A stretch of 64,000 bases of DNA from Coleofasciculus sp. B1-GNL1-01 (GCA_040220235.1 JAVJTO010000017.1); one strand, 5' to 3'; positions 40,914-50,577 are shown, counted from the stretch's first letter. The notes: generated from the letters alone by a model not told the origin. Made by a program: numbers and translations.

Positions 40914-41090
40914 TAAGTAGGTAGGGACAATTAAAGTTAACGGTGGGGAACTCGCTTTCGCGAGAAGCAAGCTACGTCATTCGTCATACTCGCTTTCGCG
41001 AGAAGCAAGCTACGTCATTCGTTTATGTAAGGGTTTGATGCTTGTTAACATAACTTCATAAGGTTGAGTTTATTTTCACCAACCTACTTA
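40914..41090 (+). mobile_element. MITE family B (TIR taagtaggt...acctactta) with two small inserts
   Basis: Perfect 9-bp TIR; homologous to 22364-22504. Confidence 0.82.
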
Positions 41091-41243
41091 GAAAATTCAG
41101 GCTTTTCCGACTATTTTATTTCACCCAATCCCCTATCCCCCATGTTTCCCCAGCTCCCCCAGCTCCCCCATCTCCCCCAGCTCCCCCAGCTCCCCCATCT
41201 CCCCCATCTCCCCTTACCTTTCAGCTTAAGTTGACACTAATGT

Positions 41244-42416
41244 TTAATACTCCGGTACTGATGGGTCAATTTCCCGACTCCAAGCGGTAATGCCTCCTTT
41301 GACATTGATTCCTTCGATTCCGGATTCTTTGAGAATACCCAAGGCTTTAGCCGAACGTCCTCCCATCTTACAATGGGCAATTAAGCGGTGACCATTCAGG
41401 AGTTGCTTAACTTTTTCGACACCTGAACCCTGTTCAATATCCGGTAATGGGACTAAAACAGCACCGGGAATGTTAGCAATCTCGTATTCATTGGGATTGC
41501 GGACATCAACGAGGACAAAATCCTTGGTTCCACTATCCAACAATTGCTTGAGTTCTTGAACGGTCATTTCTTGAATTGCCATTAACCGTTGCGCCTCCTG
41601 TTCTTTTGCTTGGGGAATGCCACAGAATTGTTCGTAGTCTACTAATTTTTCGATAACTGGGCGTACTGGATTGGGTCGCAGTTTCAGTTCCCGGAATTTC
41701 ATATCCAGGGCATTGTACAGTAACAACCGTCCGCTGAGGGTTGTTCCCTTACCCAGGATAATTTTAACGGCTTCCGTGGCTTGGATGAGTCCAATAATTC
41801 CGGGCAAAATGCCTAAAACGCCACCTTCAGCACAGGAAGGAACCATTCCAGGAGGTGGGGGTTCGGGGAACAAGTCGCGGTAATTGGGTCCATCTTCGTA
41901 GTTAAAGACGCTGGCTTGTCCTTCAAACCGCAAGATGGAACCGTAGACATTAGGTTTACCCAGGATTACACAGGCGTCATTGACGAGGTAACGGGTGGGA
42001 AAGTTATCGGTTCCATCGACAACAACATCATAAGGTTTCACGATATCCAGCGCATTCTCGGATGTCAGACGGGTTTCGTAGAGATCAACTTGACAATAGG
42101 GGTTAATCTCTAGAATCCGGGTTTTTGCCGATTGAATTTTCGGTTTCCCTACCCAGGATGTCCCGTGAATTACCTGACGTTGTAAGTTGGAACTATCAAC
42201 GATATCAAAATCTACGATTCCGATACGTCCGATACCTGCGGCGGCTAAGTACAGTAAGAGGGGTGAACCGAGTCCTCCGGTACCGATACAGAGAACACTC
42301 GCCGCTTTGAGGCGTTTTTGTCCCTCTAGTCCAACTTCCGGCAAGATTAGGTGTCGAGAATATCGTTCGTATTCTTCTTTGGTTAGCTGGATTTCTTCCA
42401 GATTGGGATTTAACAT
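41244..42416 (-). CDS. moeB: MoeB/MoeZ-like adenylyltransferase with a C-terminal rhodanese domain
   Basis: RYSRH, GTGGLG, SNLQRQ, DGTDNF, SCAEGGVLG and HCKMGGRS. Confidence 0.95.
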   Translation of the reverse strand: MLNPNLEEIQLTKEEYERYSRHLILPEVGLEGQKRLKAASVLCIGTGGLGSPLLLYLAAAGIGRIGIVDFDIVDSSNLQRQVIHGTSWVGKPKIQSAKTRILEINPYCQVDLYETRLTSENALDIVKPYDVVVDGTDNFPTRYLVNDACVILGKPNVYGSILRFEGQASVFNYEDGPNYRDLFPEPPPPGMVPSCAEGGVLGILPGIIGLIQATEAVKIILGKGTTLSGRLLLYNALDMKFRELKLRPNPVRPVIEKLVDYEQFCGIPQAKEQEAQRLMAIQEMTVQELKQLLDSGTKDFVLVDVRNPNEYEIANIPGAVLVPLPDIEQGSGVEKVKQLLNGHRLIAHCKMGGRSAKALGILKESGIEGINVKGGITAWSREIDPSVPEY

Positions 42417-42586
42417 GGCAATTTGGTATGATTAGCGATTCGCGATTGGGGAAGTTTTGACCCTTCACTGTATTCGAGGGCATGGCGCGTGACCCTTAGC
42501 TTCGTTCAAGGGCATGGCATGGTGCGTGAGTTAACCTCCCCAGCTTACTCAGCTTCCCCAGCTCCCAGACGCGCCATGGCACGTCT

Positions 42587-43120
42587 CTACATTGCTCCCT
42601 CAGCTCCCCCTTTCCCCGGTTCCTTTACCGTGATAATTTCTTCAGGCTGAAACTGGTGATGGGGATCAAGAGTCCAGCTTCTGAGGTCAGAAGCTATACC
42701 CTGTTGAACGGAAATTATAATATACGAATAACGCTGCCATGCGATCGCCCGATCAAATTCTGAGGGAATGGCTGGATGGTCAGGATGAGAGTGATAGATC
42801 CCAATGATATCTAATTCGCGATCGCGTGCCTGCTTCTGAACCTTCAACATCACCTCTGGGGCAATGCTAAACTGATTCCGTTTCGTCCCTGACTGACGCG
42901 CTGAACCGTTTACCCCTTGAAAGGCTTCAGCCGCCTGAGTATCCCAAGCGTTTTTTGTGGGGATGACTTCCACTAGGGTTTTTACGTCTCCCTTAATATG
43001 ACCGACTAATAATCCACAACATTCTTCTGGGTAGGTGTTTTCGGCGTGAGTTTGCATCGCCTGAATCTGAGCAGGGTTAAGGTTGACGATATGGGTTGGG
43101 GAATGATCTGAGTTTGACAT
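42587..43120 (-). CDS. M67/JAB (Mov34/MPN, Mec-like) metallopeptidase
   Basis: YPEECCGLL and GIYHSHPDHPAIPSEFD (JAMM motif). Confidence 0.93.
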   Translation of the reverse strand: MSNSDHSPTHIVNLNPAQIQAMQTHAENTYPEECCGLLVGHIKGDVKTLVEVIPTKNAWDTQAAEAFQGVNGSARQSGTKRNQFSIAPEVMLKVQKQARDRELDIIGIYHSHPDHPAIPSEFDRAIAWQRYSYIIISVQQGIASDLRSWTLDPHHQFQPEEIITVKEPGKGGAEGAM

Positions 43121-43232
43121 TAATCTCAGGGGAGAGGGAATGGGGAATGGGGAATAGGGAACAAGTATAATCTACTGGTTCTTAAAAAGGGGGAAGCCAA
43201 AGGATGCTTCGCTTTTTTTGGACGGGAGAGGG

Positions 43233-43317
43233 GAGCAAGAGAGTCCGGTTCCCCTTCTCCCCACGGTGGGAGAAGGGGTTAGGGGATGAGGGGATTCACC
43301 TTAAGTTGACACCAATG
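43233..43317. repeat. Dispersed hairpin repeat (ccccttctcccc..gggagaagggg ttaggggatgagg) with a MITE-like end taagttgacaccaatg
   Basis: Inverted repeat; the end motif also occurs at about 41227. Confidence 0.65.
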
Positions 43318-43446
43318 ACCCTAATCCATTGTGATGGAGGACGCTTAGAGCGTCGTGGCACAGATTCCCCACACCCCACACCCCTTAATCGGTGACTCGT
43401 CTCAACTATAATCAGGATTCAGGCGATCGCTATTTTCTCAACTCTG

Positions 43447-44514
43447 ATGACTCAATCTGATTATCCCCGCGCCAATACCCTGAAATCTGCGTTTAAAGCC
43501 TGTGATTTAGCGCCCCTGGAACCCGCAGAAATGGAGCGCTATTATGTCGATTTATCCCCGGTGCGGAAATCCTCTGCTGTTGATAGCGTTAGCACTATCC
43601 TAGACTTCCAAGAACCTGGAGACAATACCACGATTCTGTTCACTGGACATCGTGGCTGTGGCAAAAGTACGGAATTGAAACGGATTCAACAGCGCTGGCG
43701 GGATGATTATTATGTTATCTATCTGGAAGTTAATGAGGAAACCGATATTAATGATGTTCGCTACACGGATTTATATTTAATTGTGATTAAGCAAGTCGAA
43801 TTTGAACTCCGCAAACACGGCTTGTCTTTTGATGCTCAACTTTACATTGAATTTAGCGATCGCTTCTCTCAAGCTCGCACCTATCACGGGTTAGGAAATG
43901 TTGCTCTACAGTTAAGGGAGTATGAGCAGGCAAAGCAATACTATCACCAGGCTCTGGATATTTTTATTAAATTTAGCGAGCACTACAATCAAGCCAAAAC
44001 CTATCACCAGTTAGGAAGGGTTGCCGAAGAGTTAGGGGAGTATGAGCAGGCAAAGCAATACTATCACCAGGTTCTAGATATTAAAATTGAATTTAGCGAT
44101 CGCTATTCTCAAGCTGGCACCTATCACCAGTTAGGAATGGTTGCCAAAGAGTTACGGGAGTATGAGCAGGCAAAGCAATACTATCACCAGGCTCTGGATA
44201 TTTGTATTGAATTTGGTGATCGCTACGAACAAGCTGACACCTATCACGAGTTAGGAATGGTTGCCGAAGAGTTACGGGAGTATGAGCAGGCAAAGCAATA
44301 CTATCACCAGGCTCTCGATATTTATATTGAATTTGGCGATCGCTATTCTCAAGCTCGCACTTATGGACAATTAGGATTACTAGCAGAAGCCCAGGAAAAC
44401 TACACCGAAGCGAGGGTGAATTTACAGACAGCCTTAGACATATTTATAGAGTATCAGGATGACTATTGGGCTGATGTGACGCGAGAAAACTTAGAACGAA
44501 TATCACAGAATTAA
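43447..44514 (+). CDS. Chimeric protein: P-loop ATPase N-terminal fragment fused to TPR repeats
   Basis: FTGHRGCGKSTEL (Walker A), then an abrupt switch at about aa 131 to 40-aa TPRs with a 120-bp period. Confidence 0.8.
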   Translation: MTQSDYPRANTLKSAFKACDLAPLEPAEMERYYVDLSPVRKSSAVDSVSTILDFQEPGDNTTILFTGHRGCGKSTELKRIQQRWRDDYYVIYLEVNEETDINDVRYTDLYLIVIKQVEFELRKHGLSFDAQLYIEFSDRFSQARTYHGLGNVALQLREYEQAKQYYHQALDIFIKFSEHYNQAKTYHQLGRVAEELGEYEQAKQYYHQVLDIKIEFSDRYSQAGTYHQLGMVAKELREYEQAKQYYHQALDICIEFGDRYEQADTYHELGMVAEELREYEQAKQYYHQALDIYIEFGDRYSQARTYGQLGLLAEAQENYTEARVNLQTALDIFIEYQDDYWADVTRENLERISQN

Positions 44515-44556
44515 GGCTGGTGGGTTTCGACTTCGCTCAACCCACGATGGCGGACT

Positions 44557-44674
44557 GACACAGCTAAAATAGGACTTTGCTTGTAGTAAGCACTTTAGTG
44601 CTTTAACGCATAGCTAGAGAGGGCTAAAGTTCCCCTACTACGAACCCAATCTATCCCACAATTTGAGCTGTGCC
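44557..44674. mobile_element. MITE-like element (gacacagctaaaat...atttgagctgtgcc) with an internal REP
   Basis: Imperfect terminal inverted repeat; internal gtagtaagcactttagtgct...ctactac. Confidence 0.55.
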
Positions 44675-44742
44675 GAGCCACTACGCTAAACTCAATCTTG
44701 AGCAACACGAATCATAACACCATTGTTGACGGCTCTTGCATC

Positions 44743-45885
44743 ATGACCAAACCTTTCTCCCCAAACAACCCCGCCCATACCACTTTTCTGGAAGAGTTTA
44801 CCAGCCACACCGCTGATGCCTTACACCATCAAAACCAGGCAGTTAGTGAATCATTGAACCGCAGGCAGATTCCGTCAAGCCAAGTCCGTCCTCTAGAGGA
44901 AGCCTATCACGTTTCCTTAAAACTCGGTGATAACTTACCACTTAATCCCATCAAAAAACAAATCTTACAGCAACTTGATGCCGTTGTCTATTTTCTCCGA
45001 GATTTTCACATCGGGGTACTCGGTCAGCATACCAGTATTTTTCATCTTTATGACGTTGAGATTCAAGTCGAATCTAATCTACGCTATCAAGTCACCTTTG
45101 AATCAGGCAAACTGTTGATCCAAATTCCCTACTGGCAGATGGCAGTTTTGGATCGCTATCTACCTTACCAGACGTTAAAATACTACTGGCGTCGGGGCAA
45201 ACATTTACCCCGATTTTCGCCCATTCGCAAAGTGTGGTGGTTAGTTGATCCGATTGGCGAATTACGCTCTAACCTTCGTTCCACGCTATTGGTGGCGATT
45301 CAAAAGCAAATCTTAGGAATTGATCAACTGTTTGTTAAATTTAACTTACTGGATAACAGCCAACAAACCCACCGAGATGCTCAAGGGAATAATCCGGATA
45401 AAACGGGACTCAAAAATAACGCGATCGCCTTCCTGAAGGGAACGGTAAAAGAAGAAAAATTGGGCGTGAATCTCGAACTCATCCTTAAAAATCAGGACGA
45501 TGGCACAATTGCCCAGTTATTGGCAGTCTATAAGAAAAACTTGGCAGATCTAGATCAACTGGAAGAATTGGTGGAAACAGGGGCATTTATATTACAAGAA
45601 AAACTAAATGAAGAAGAATCACAAGTCGATGTCAAGATGTTTGGCTTTGTCAATGTCGGGAATTATCATCGGATTGATGTAACAGTCAATGTCAGTAAAG
45701 GTTATCTAAAAAAATATGTAGATGTGATTCCGCGCAAGAGTAAGATTAAAGCGAGACAATTTGGCTTTGTCAATGTTTATACGATAGATGACATTACCGT
45801 AAAACCCAATTTTCATGGGGCGCTGACGCTCAACTTTGAAACAGCCGCGTTAGAAAAGGCATTAAAGGAGTTAGACTTAGTATAG
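44743..45885 (+). CDS. Hypothetical protein
   Basis: Long ORF with no recognised family; FGFVNV occurs twice. ATG at 44743 preferred over TTG at 44698. Confidence 0.75.
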   Translation: MTKPFSPNNPAHTTFLEEFTSHTADALHHQNQAVSESLNRRQIPSSQVRPLEEAYHVSLKLGDNLPLNPIKKQILQQLDAVVYFLRDFHIGVLGQHTSIFHLYDVEIQVESNLRYQVTFESGKLLIQIPYWQMAVLDRYLPYQTLKYYWRRGKHLPRFSPIRKVWWLVDPIGELRSNLRSTLLVAIQKQILGIDQLFVKFNLLDNSQQTHRDAQGNNPDKTGLKNNAIAFLKGTVKEEKLGVNLELILKNQDDGTIAQLLAVYKKNLADLDQLEELVETGAFILQEKLNEEESQVDVKMFGFVNVGNYHRIDVTVNVSKGYLKKYVDVIPRKSKIKARQFGFVNVYTIDDITVKPNFHGALTLNFETAALEKALKELDLV

Positions 45886-45991
45886 TAAGCTGCTCGGCAT
45901 ATAAACTTTAATGTCAATAATGGCGCAATCCTTGTCGTATTGCAAGCATATTGCTAGCTACTAATACCCAATTTAAATGCATAACAGCTTA
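45886..45991 (-). mobile_element. MITE family A copy (inverted, diverged)
   Basis: taagctgctcggcat...cccaatttaaatgcataacagctta. Confidence 0.82.
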
Positions 45992-46102
45992 GTGGATAAT
46001 GTAGGGGCGGGTTTCACTATTATCATCTATGACTTCATCCAAATGCGACTAAAACTGCCCCGATTAAGTGACAGAGTTTGTAAAATATAGAACAAAAATA
46101 AA

Positions 46103-46504
46103 ATGGAACGTGGTTTACTTTGGTTACCCTTACTCGCTGTCTTTATTTGGTTAGCCTGGTCAGGTTGGAATGAATATCAAAAAGTTGAGGCGTATCGTGT
46201 ATGGGCAGAACAATTTGAACGAGCAAAATATGATATTTATGCCGTACTGGGACAAAAGGAAAAAAATCTGACCTGGGGAAAACCGACTCGTTCGGGTCCG
46301 GTGGATTTAGAAACCTTTTCTCTAAATGATGTCCAAAGCATTAAACTGGTCGTTGATGGGCAAGATGTTGGCTTAGAGAATCCACCCAAAAAAGGACGCG
46401 CGATCGCACTAGAGTTTCTCCTCCCAGAATCCACAGTTCAGGTTCCGTTTACCGAAATTCCTCTGGCGGTGGAGTGGGGCAATTTTCTCCGTAATTATAA
46501 ATGA
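46103..46504 (+). CDS. Conserved cyanobacterial hypothetical membrane-anchored protein
   Basis: MERGLLWLPLL..FIWLAW.GWNEYQKVEAY and AKYDIYAVLG. Confidence 0.85.
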   Translation: MERGLLWLPLLAVFIWLAWSGWNEYQKVEAYRVWAEQFERAKYDIYAVLGQKEKNLTWGKPTRSGPVDLETFSLNDVQSIKLVVDGQDVGLENPPKKGRAIALEFLLPESTVQVPFTEIPLAVEWGNFLRNYK

Positions 46505-46732
46505 AATGGCTTTTATCGGGGCAAATTGAACCAAGTAGCGATTAAGACTAAGTAGGGTAAAGGTGCGTTACGCTTCGCTAACGCACCCTACAAATAGGTT
46601 GCCCATTTCCTGTCTCGTGACGTAGTTTGATTGAAACTTCGCGAGGAAGACAAATGACCAATGACCAATGACAAAAAGGAACGTTAATCCCTAAAATTCG
46701 TCTTAAGGAATAATAGTTCTGGTATTTTTTCT

Positions 46733-48325
46733 ATGAAACCTATCTTACCTATTTTTGCGATTATCGGATTACTCCAGAGTTGCACCGCCCCGGTGAACAT
46801 TTCCTCTCAAGCCATCAGGAATCCCGCTAATTGCCCTAGCCAAACTGAACCCGTACCGATCGCGTCGGCTAATGATCAGGGACTGTATCGGCAATTTGAC
46901 TATCACATTCGCGATATTATTACAGATGCTGATACGATTACCTTCCAGACGCAGCAGTATGATATTGTCTTTTGCCGATTTGATCGCACTTGGACAGTAG
47001 AACCGGGAACGTTAGCCGATGAAGTCCAGACAGCTAATAATCCTGAACAATACTCAGAAAATCTCCAGAACCCCCCCTATCAAACTATTAAACTTAACGG
47101 AAAACCTTATCAATATCGCGTCATTCTCGAACCGAATCCCTTTGGCAATGAAGCCCAAGGAATTGAACCCGAAACAGTTGTCTTTGAACTGATTACTCCC
47201 AATAGCGAACAACCCCAACGTCACTCCCTCTATACCTTAGACCAGGTAAGGCAGGCTGAAGTCGGATTTTCCTTGGGAGTTCCGCGAATTACCTCCGCCC
47301 TCAGTTATGCCGATCGCCTATTTTGGTCAGTCGCATCGGAACAAGGGGAAGGATTTAGTGGTATTGCCACGATGGTGGGTTACAATCCCGACATGAATAA
47401 GTTGGTGGTGATTCAACCTGAAGAAATTCAAGGGCAACAAATTACTGATTTTGTCATCGCCGGAGATCCTAGCAATCCAGTCTTTTGGCTGGGAACTCAA
47501 ATCAGTGGTGAAGGGAATCCCTATTTATCTGGAATGGGATTAGTCGCCTATCGTCCTTCTCCCCCTAGTCTCAAATCCGGAACCATTACCTCCTACACCG
47601 TCCGCAATAGTCCAATTATTGGGGCAATTCCTGATCAACTACACTTAGAAGGCGATCGCCTCTGGGTGGGAACCGGAAACGGGGTTTGCCAGGTTCGTTG
47701 GCAAAGGGCAGATAATCGTGGAAATTGGTCGTGTTGGCGATTTGCAGCAAAGGCGAAACTGCCGAGTCAGGGATTGCCGATTTACCCCCGTTTGTTAGCA
47801 GAAACTCCAGCCGTTACTCTGGAGGCGGATCAGGTGGGAGACACGGTAGAGGTGTTATGGTGGTCTCCGTTGGACTACCAAACCCAAAAAGGGCGGTATG
47901 AAGTTCGGTATGAGGATGGCTTTACCGTCACCTTAGACGAGGGGACGAGTTCTTGGTCTGAGAAATATGGGTCATCATGGCAACCTCGTCCCTGGCAACC
48001 GCCTCTATACTGGGCGGGACACGAATGGCATTGGAATGGCGATCGCTTTGTGCGCGGTTTTGATCAAGTCGCCCTAAATTTCTTTGGTGGTGGACCTCTG
48101 GGAATTGTATCCGATCAGGATCAATGGACAGGGGAAAAGCCTGCCAATATGAACGCCTTGCGGGGTGATCTGGAAGTATTGGAATTAACAGAGACGACCA
48201 CTAAGCTGAATTACCATTCAGGTTGGGTGGAGGAAGAGTTCCTCAATCCTTATTTCACCGTAGTACCCCAAAATCGTCCCTTCAATCCTCGTCCCAATCC
48301 TTTGGATGAGATGGCACGTTTGTAG
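46733..48325 (+). CDS. Hypothetical lipoprotein
   Basis: Lipobox-like LLQSC at aa 13-17; 530-aa ORF. Confidence 0.8.
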   Translation: MKPILPIFAIIGLLQSCTAPVNISSQAIRNPANCPSQTEPVPIASANDQGLYRQFDYHIRDIITDADTITFQTQQYDIVFCRFDRTWTVEPGTLADEVQTANNPEQYSENLQNPPYQTIKLNGKPYQYRVILEPNPFGNEAQGIEPETVVFELITPNSEQPQRHSLYTLDQVRQAEVGFSLGVPRITSALSYADRLFWSVASEQGEGFSGIATMVGYNPDMNKLVVIQPEEIQGQQITDFVIAGDPSNPVFWLGTQISGEGNPYLSGMGLVAYRPSPPSLKSGTITSYTVRNSPIIGAIPDQLHLEGDRLWVGTGNGVCQVRWQRADNRGNWSCWRFAAKAKLPSQGLPIYPRLLAETPAVTLEADQVGDTVEVLWWSPLDYQTQKGRYEVRYEDGFTVTLDEGTSSWSEKYGSSWQPRPWQPPLYWAGHEWHWNGDRFVRGFDQVALNFFGGGPLGIVSDQDQWTGEKPANMNALRGDLEVLELTETTTKLNYHSGWVEEEFLNPYFTVVPQNRPFNPRPNPLDEMARL

Positions 48326-48388
48326 AAACGTTACCCCACCGAGTAGGGGTTTGGTTTCCAAACCCCTTTGGTTCCCACACCCCTACAT

Positions 48389-49174
48389 CTAATCATCCCC
48401 AAAATTCGCAATAACTGGGAAATGATCAGAGGGAAAAATTCCTTGCCATTTCCTATTATCAACCGTCACAGTTTCTCGTCTCAGGCGACTATCGTAATAA
48501 ATCGTATCAACAGCCGCAAACGCTTCACCTGTAAACCCATGAATACTCTGCTGTTTTTCCAATTCAACACCCGCCAAGGCATCATGGAGAGTCATAGAAT
48601 TCGCTGATGACTGAGATAAGATTTCCCGTGGCAAGCTATCGGGTTCAGCGTTAAAATCACCTGTAAGGAAGAGATAGGTTGTGTCAGGATTGCAGTGAAT
48701 CATGCGATCGCGGATCAGCCTTGCCCCCAGTTCCCGTGCTTTGGCACTGGTATAATCCAGATGGGTATTAAAACAGGTAATCGTTTTAGACACCTGCGCT
48801 ACGCTAAAGACTGCCCAAGTTGCCATTCGCGGTGCAGGATTTCCCCACTCAGGACTGATACTCCCAGCACTATCAGGCGTATCGCTTAAGTAAAAATCGC
48901 CATTATCCAGGCATTTAAGACGGTCTTGGTTATAGAAAATCGCACAATGTTCTCCTGTCCCTGTCCCCGTGCGATCGCCCCCAATACTTTGATAATTAGG
49001 GAGACGGCGATGTAAGTCAAGTAGCTGGTGGGCTTTTCCTTCTTGGGTGCCAATAATATCCGGATGATACTCCTGAATCAGCGCCGCGATCGCATCACGC
49101 CGAATTCTCCAATCTTGGTTATCTGGATCAGGCTTATCGTAACGGATATTAAACGTTATGATTCTAATGTTCAT
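48389..49174 (-). CDS. Endonuclease/exonuclease/phosphatase (EEP) family protein
   Basis: TFNIRY, PDIIGTQE, NTHLD, TGDFNA and SDHFPV. Confidence 0.93.
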   Translation of the reverse strand: MNIRIITFNIRYDKPDPDNQDWRIRRDAIAALIQEYHPDIIGTQEGKAHQLLDLHRRLPNYQSIGGDRTGTGTGEHCAIFYNQDRLKCLDNGDFYLSDTPDSAGSISPEWGNPAPRMATWAVFSVAQVSKTITCFNTHLDYTSAKARELGARLIRDRMIHCNPDTTYLFLTGDFNAEPDSLPREILSQSSANSMTLHDALAGVELEKQQSIHGFTGEAFAAVDTIYYDSRLRRETVTVDNRKWQGIFPSDHFPVIANFGDD

Positions 49175-49338
49175 AGGTGATTCGTCTTTTGTCATTTGTC
49201 ATACTCAAGGAAGCGAGAAGCAAGCGACATAATTTGTTCCCCGGTCTCTATTCCCTATTGCCTATTCCCTATTGCCTATTCCCTATTTCCTTTCCTCATC
49301 CCTATGTTCATAACTCAAATCGAAACATTATATAACAT

Positions 49339-49380
49339 TTAGTTAACTTATAGTTAAGGCAAGGTTAAGTATTTGTTAAT
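49339..49380 (-). promoter_or_regulatory. Pho-box-like (SphR) array of four 11-bp-period repeats
   Basis: Minus strand reads ATTAACAA, CTTAACCT, CTTAACTA, GTTAACTA; a TATAAT lies on the minus strand at 49327-49332. Confidence 0.65.
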
Positions 49381-49419
49381 ATAATGGAAAGTAAGAGATT
49401 ATGAGACAGGAGGTAAGAT

Positions 49420-49695
49420 ATGGCACAGTCCACATCATCCGATTCCGCACAGGTCAGTAAACAAAACTTTCTTTACCCTAGATGCCGCTATTACGGCAAG
49501 TTTACCCCAGAGGATCTAGCCTTTAATGCCAACTTGCAAGAGTTTGCCCAGAAGGTGTCCTATATTTCTGCCCTAGAAACTGGCGGCAAGATTTCCTCTG
49601 AACGAGCCTATCAGCAAGTACAGTCACTCTGGAAGCAGTTGAAACATAGTAAGGAATCTTTGGGTATTGGTCAAGCTAAACCCCCCAAAACCTAA
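49420..49695 (+). CDS. Small conserved cyanobacterial hypothetical protein
   Basis: FLYPR.RYYG.FTPE.LAFNANLQEFAQKV.YI.ALETGGK; strong SD aggagg. Confidence 0.88.
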   Translation: MAQSTSSDSAQVSKQNFLYPRCRYYGKFTPEDLAFNANLQEFAQKVSYISALETGGKISSERAYQQVQSLWKQLKHSKESLGIGQAKPPKT

Positions 49696-49718
49696 TAGAT
49701 TTTGTATAAGACGGTCGT

Positions 49719-50111
49719 TTGAGAAAAACTGTGACACACGATGCTGCAATTTTAGTCATTGAAGATGAAGAAATTTTGCGGGACATTATCCTTAATGTCT
49801 TACAGGAAAAAGGGTATCAGGCAATTGGTACGGGGGATTCTGGCAGGGGCTTACTCTTAGCCAAAGAGTTAGTCCCTGATTTGATTTTGTGCGATATTCG
49901 GATGCCAAAGTTAGATGGCTATGAAGTTCTCAAAGCTTTACGTCAATATTCAAGGACTAGAACTATACCCTTTATCTTTATTTCAGCAGAAAAAAGCCAA
50001 ACTGTTAGAAACCGAGGGCAGCAGTTTGGGGCAAATGGTTATCTCGCAAAACCTTTTACAACTGATGAACTTTTAAAGGTAATCGCTAATCATATTAACT
50101 TTTATCAGTAA
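49719..50111 (+). CDS. Single-domain response regulator (start may be GTG at 49731)
   Basis: ILVIEDE, PDLILCDIRMP.LDGY and YLAKPF. Confidence 0.9.
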   Translation: MRKTVTHDAAILVIEDEEILRDIILNVLQEKGYQAIGTGDSGRGLLLAKELVPDLILCDIRMPKLDGYEVLKALRQYSRTRTIPFIFISAEKSQTVRNRGQQFGANGYLAKPFTTDELLKVIANHINFYQ

Positions 50112-50185
50112 ACGATGTTTTTTTTATATCTATATTTATTGCCGATAACAGCAATTTATAAGTATGAATAAAGGTAGGTTATGTT

Positions 50186-50524
50186 GCTTATTTATTGGCG
50201 AATAGGGGGAATTTTGTTGTTTATTTATTGGTGAAGAGGGTGGGTTCTGTTGTCCATTTATTGGTGAGGAGGGCGGGTTCTGTTGTCCATTTATTGGTGA
50301 GGAGGGCGGGTTTTGTTGTTCATTTATCGGTGGGGAGGGCGGGTTTTGTTGTTCATTTATCGGTGGGGAGGGCGGGTTTTGTTGTTCCGTTATTTCAACA
50401 ATAGCTGACCTTAGTCCCTAAACCCGCCCCTACAGTCCCTAAACCCGCCCCTACAGTCCCTAAACCCGCGACAGTCCCTAAACCTAAACCCGCCCCTACG
50501 ATTGTGGCTAAACCCGTCCCTACA
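50186..50524. repeat. REP element with both arms tandemly amplified (33-bp and 21-bp units)
   Basis: gggtt.tgttgt at 50242, 50275, 50308, 50341 and 50374; agtccctaaacccgc at 50413, 50434 and 50455. Confidence 0.9.
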
Positions 50525-50577
50525 ATGGATCAGGATCTACACTGCGTAGTAGTGCTGGAAAATGTCTACCAGAAACA

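Noticed and set aside
41244..43120. E1-like + JAB pair as a ubiquitin-like antiphage system (CBASS Cap2/Cap3, Bil)
   Set aside because: The E1 is a standard MoeB-rhodanese and there is no E2, CD-NTase or effector. This fits the housekeeping sulfur-carrier pathway.
50186..50400. 33-bp repeats as a CRISPR array, and the 69-aa ORF over them
   Set aside because: The units are head-to-tail with no unique spacers, derive from a REP arm, and no cas genes are present. The ORF is a by-product of the 33-bp period.
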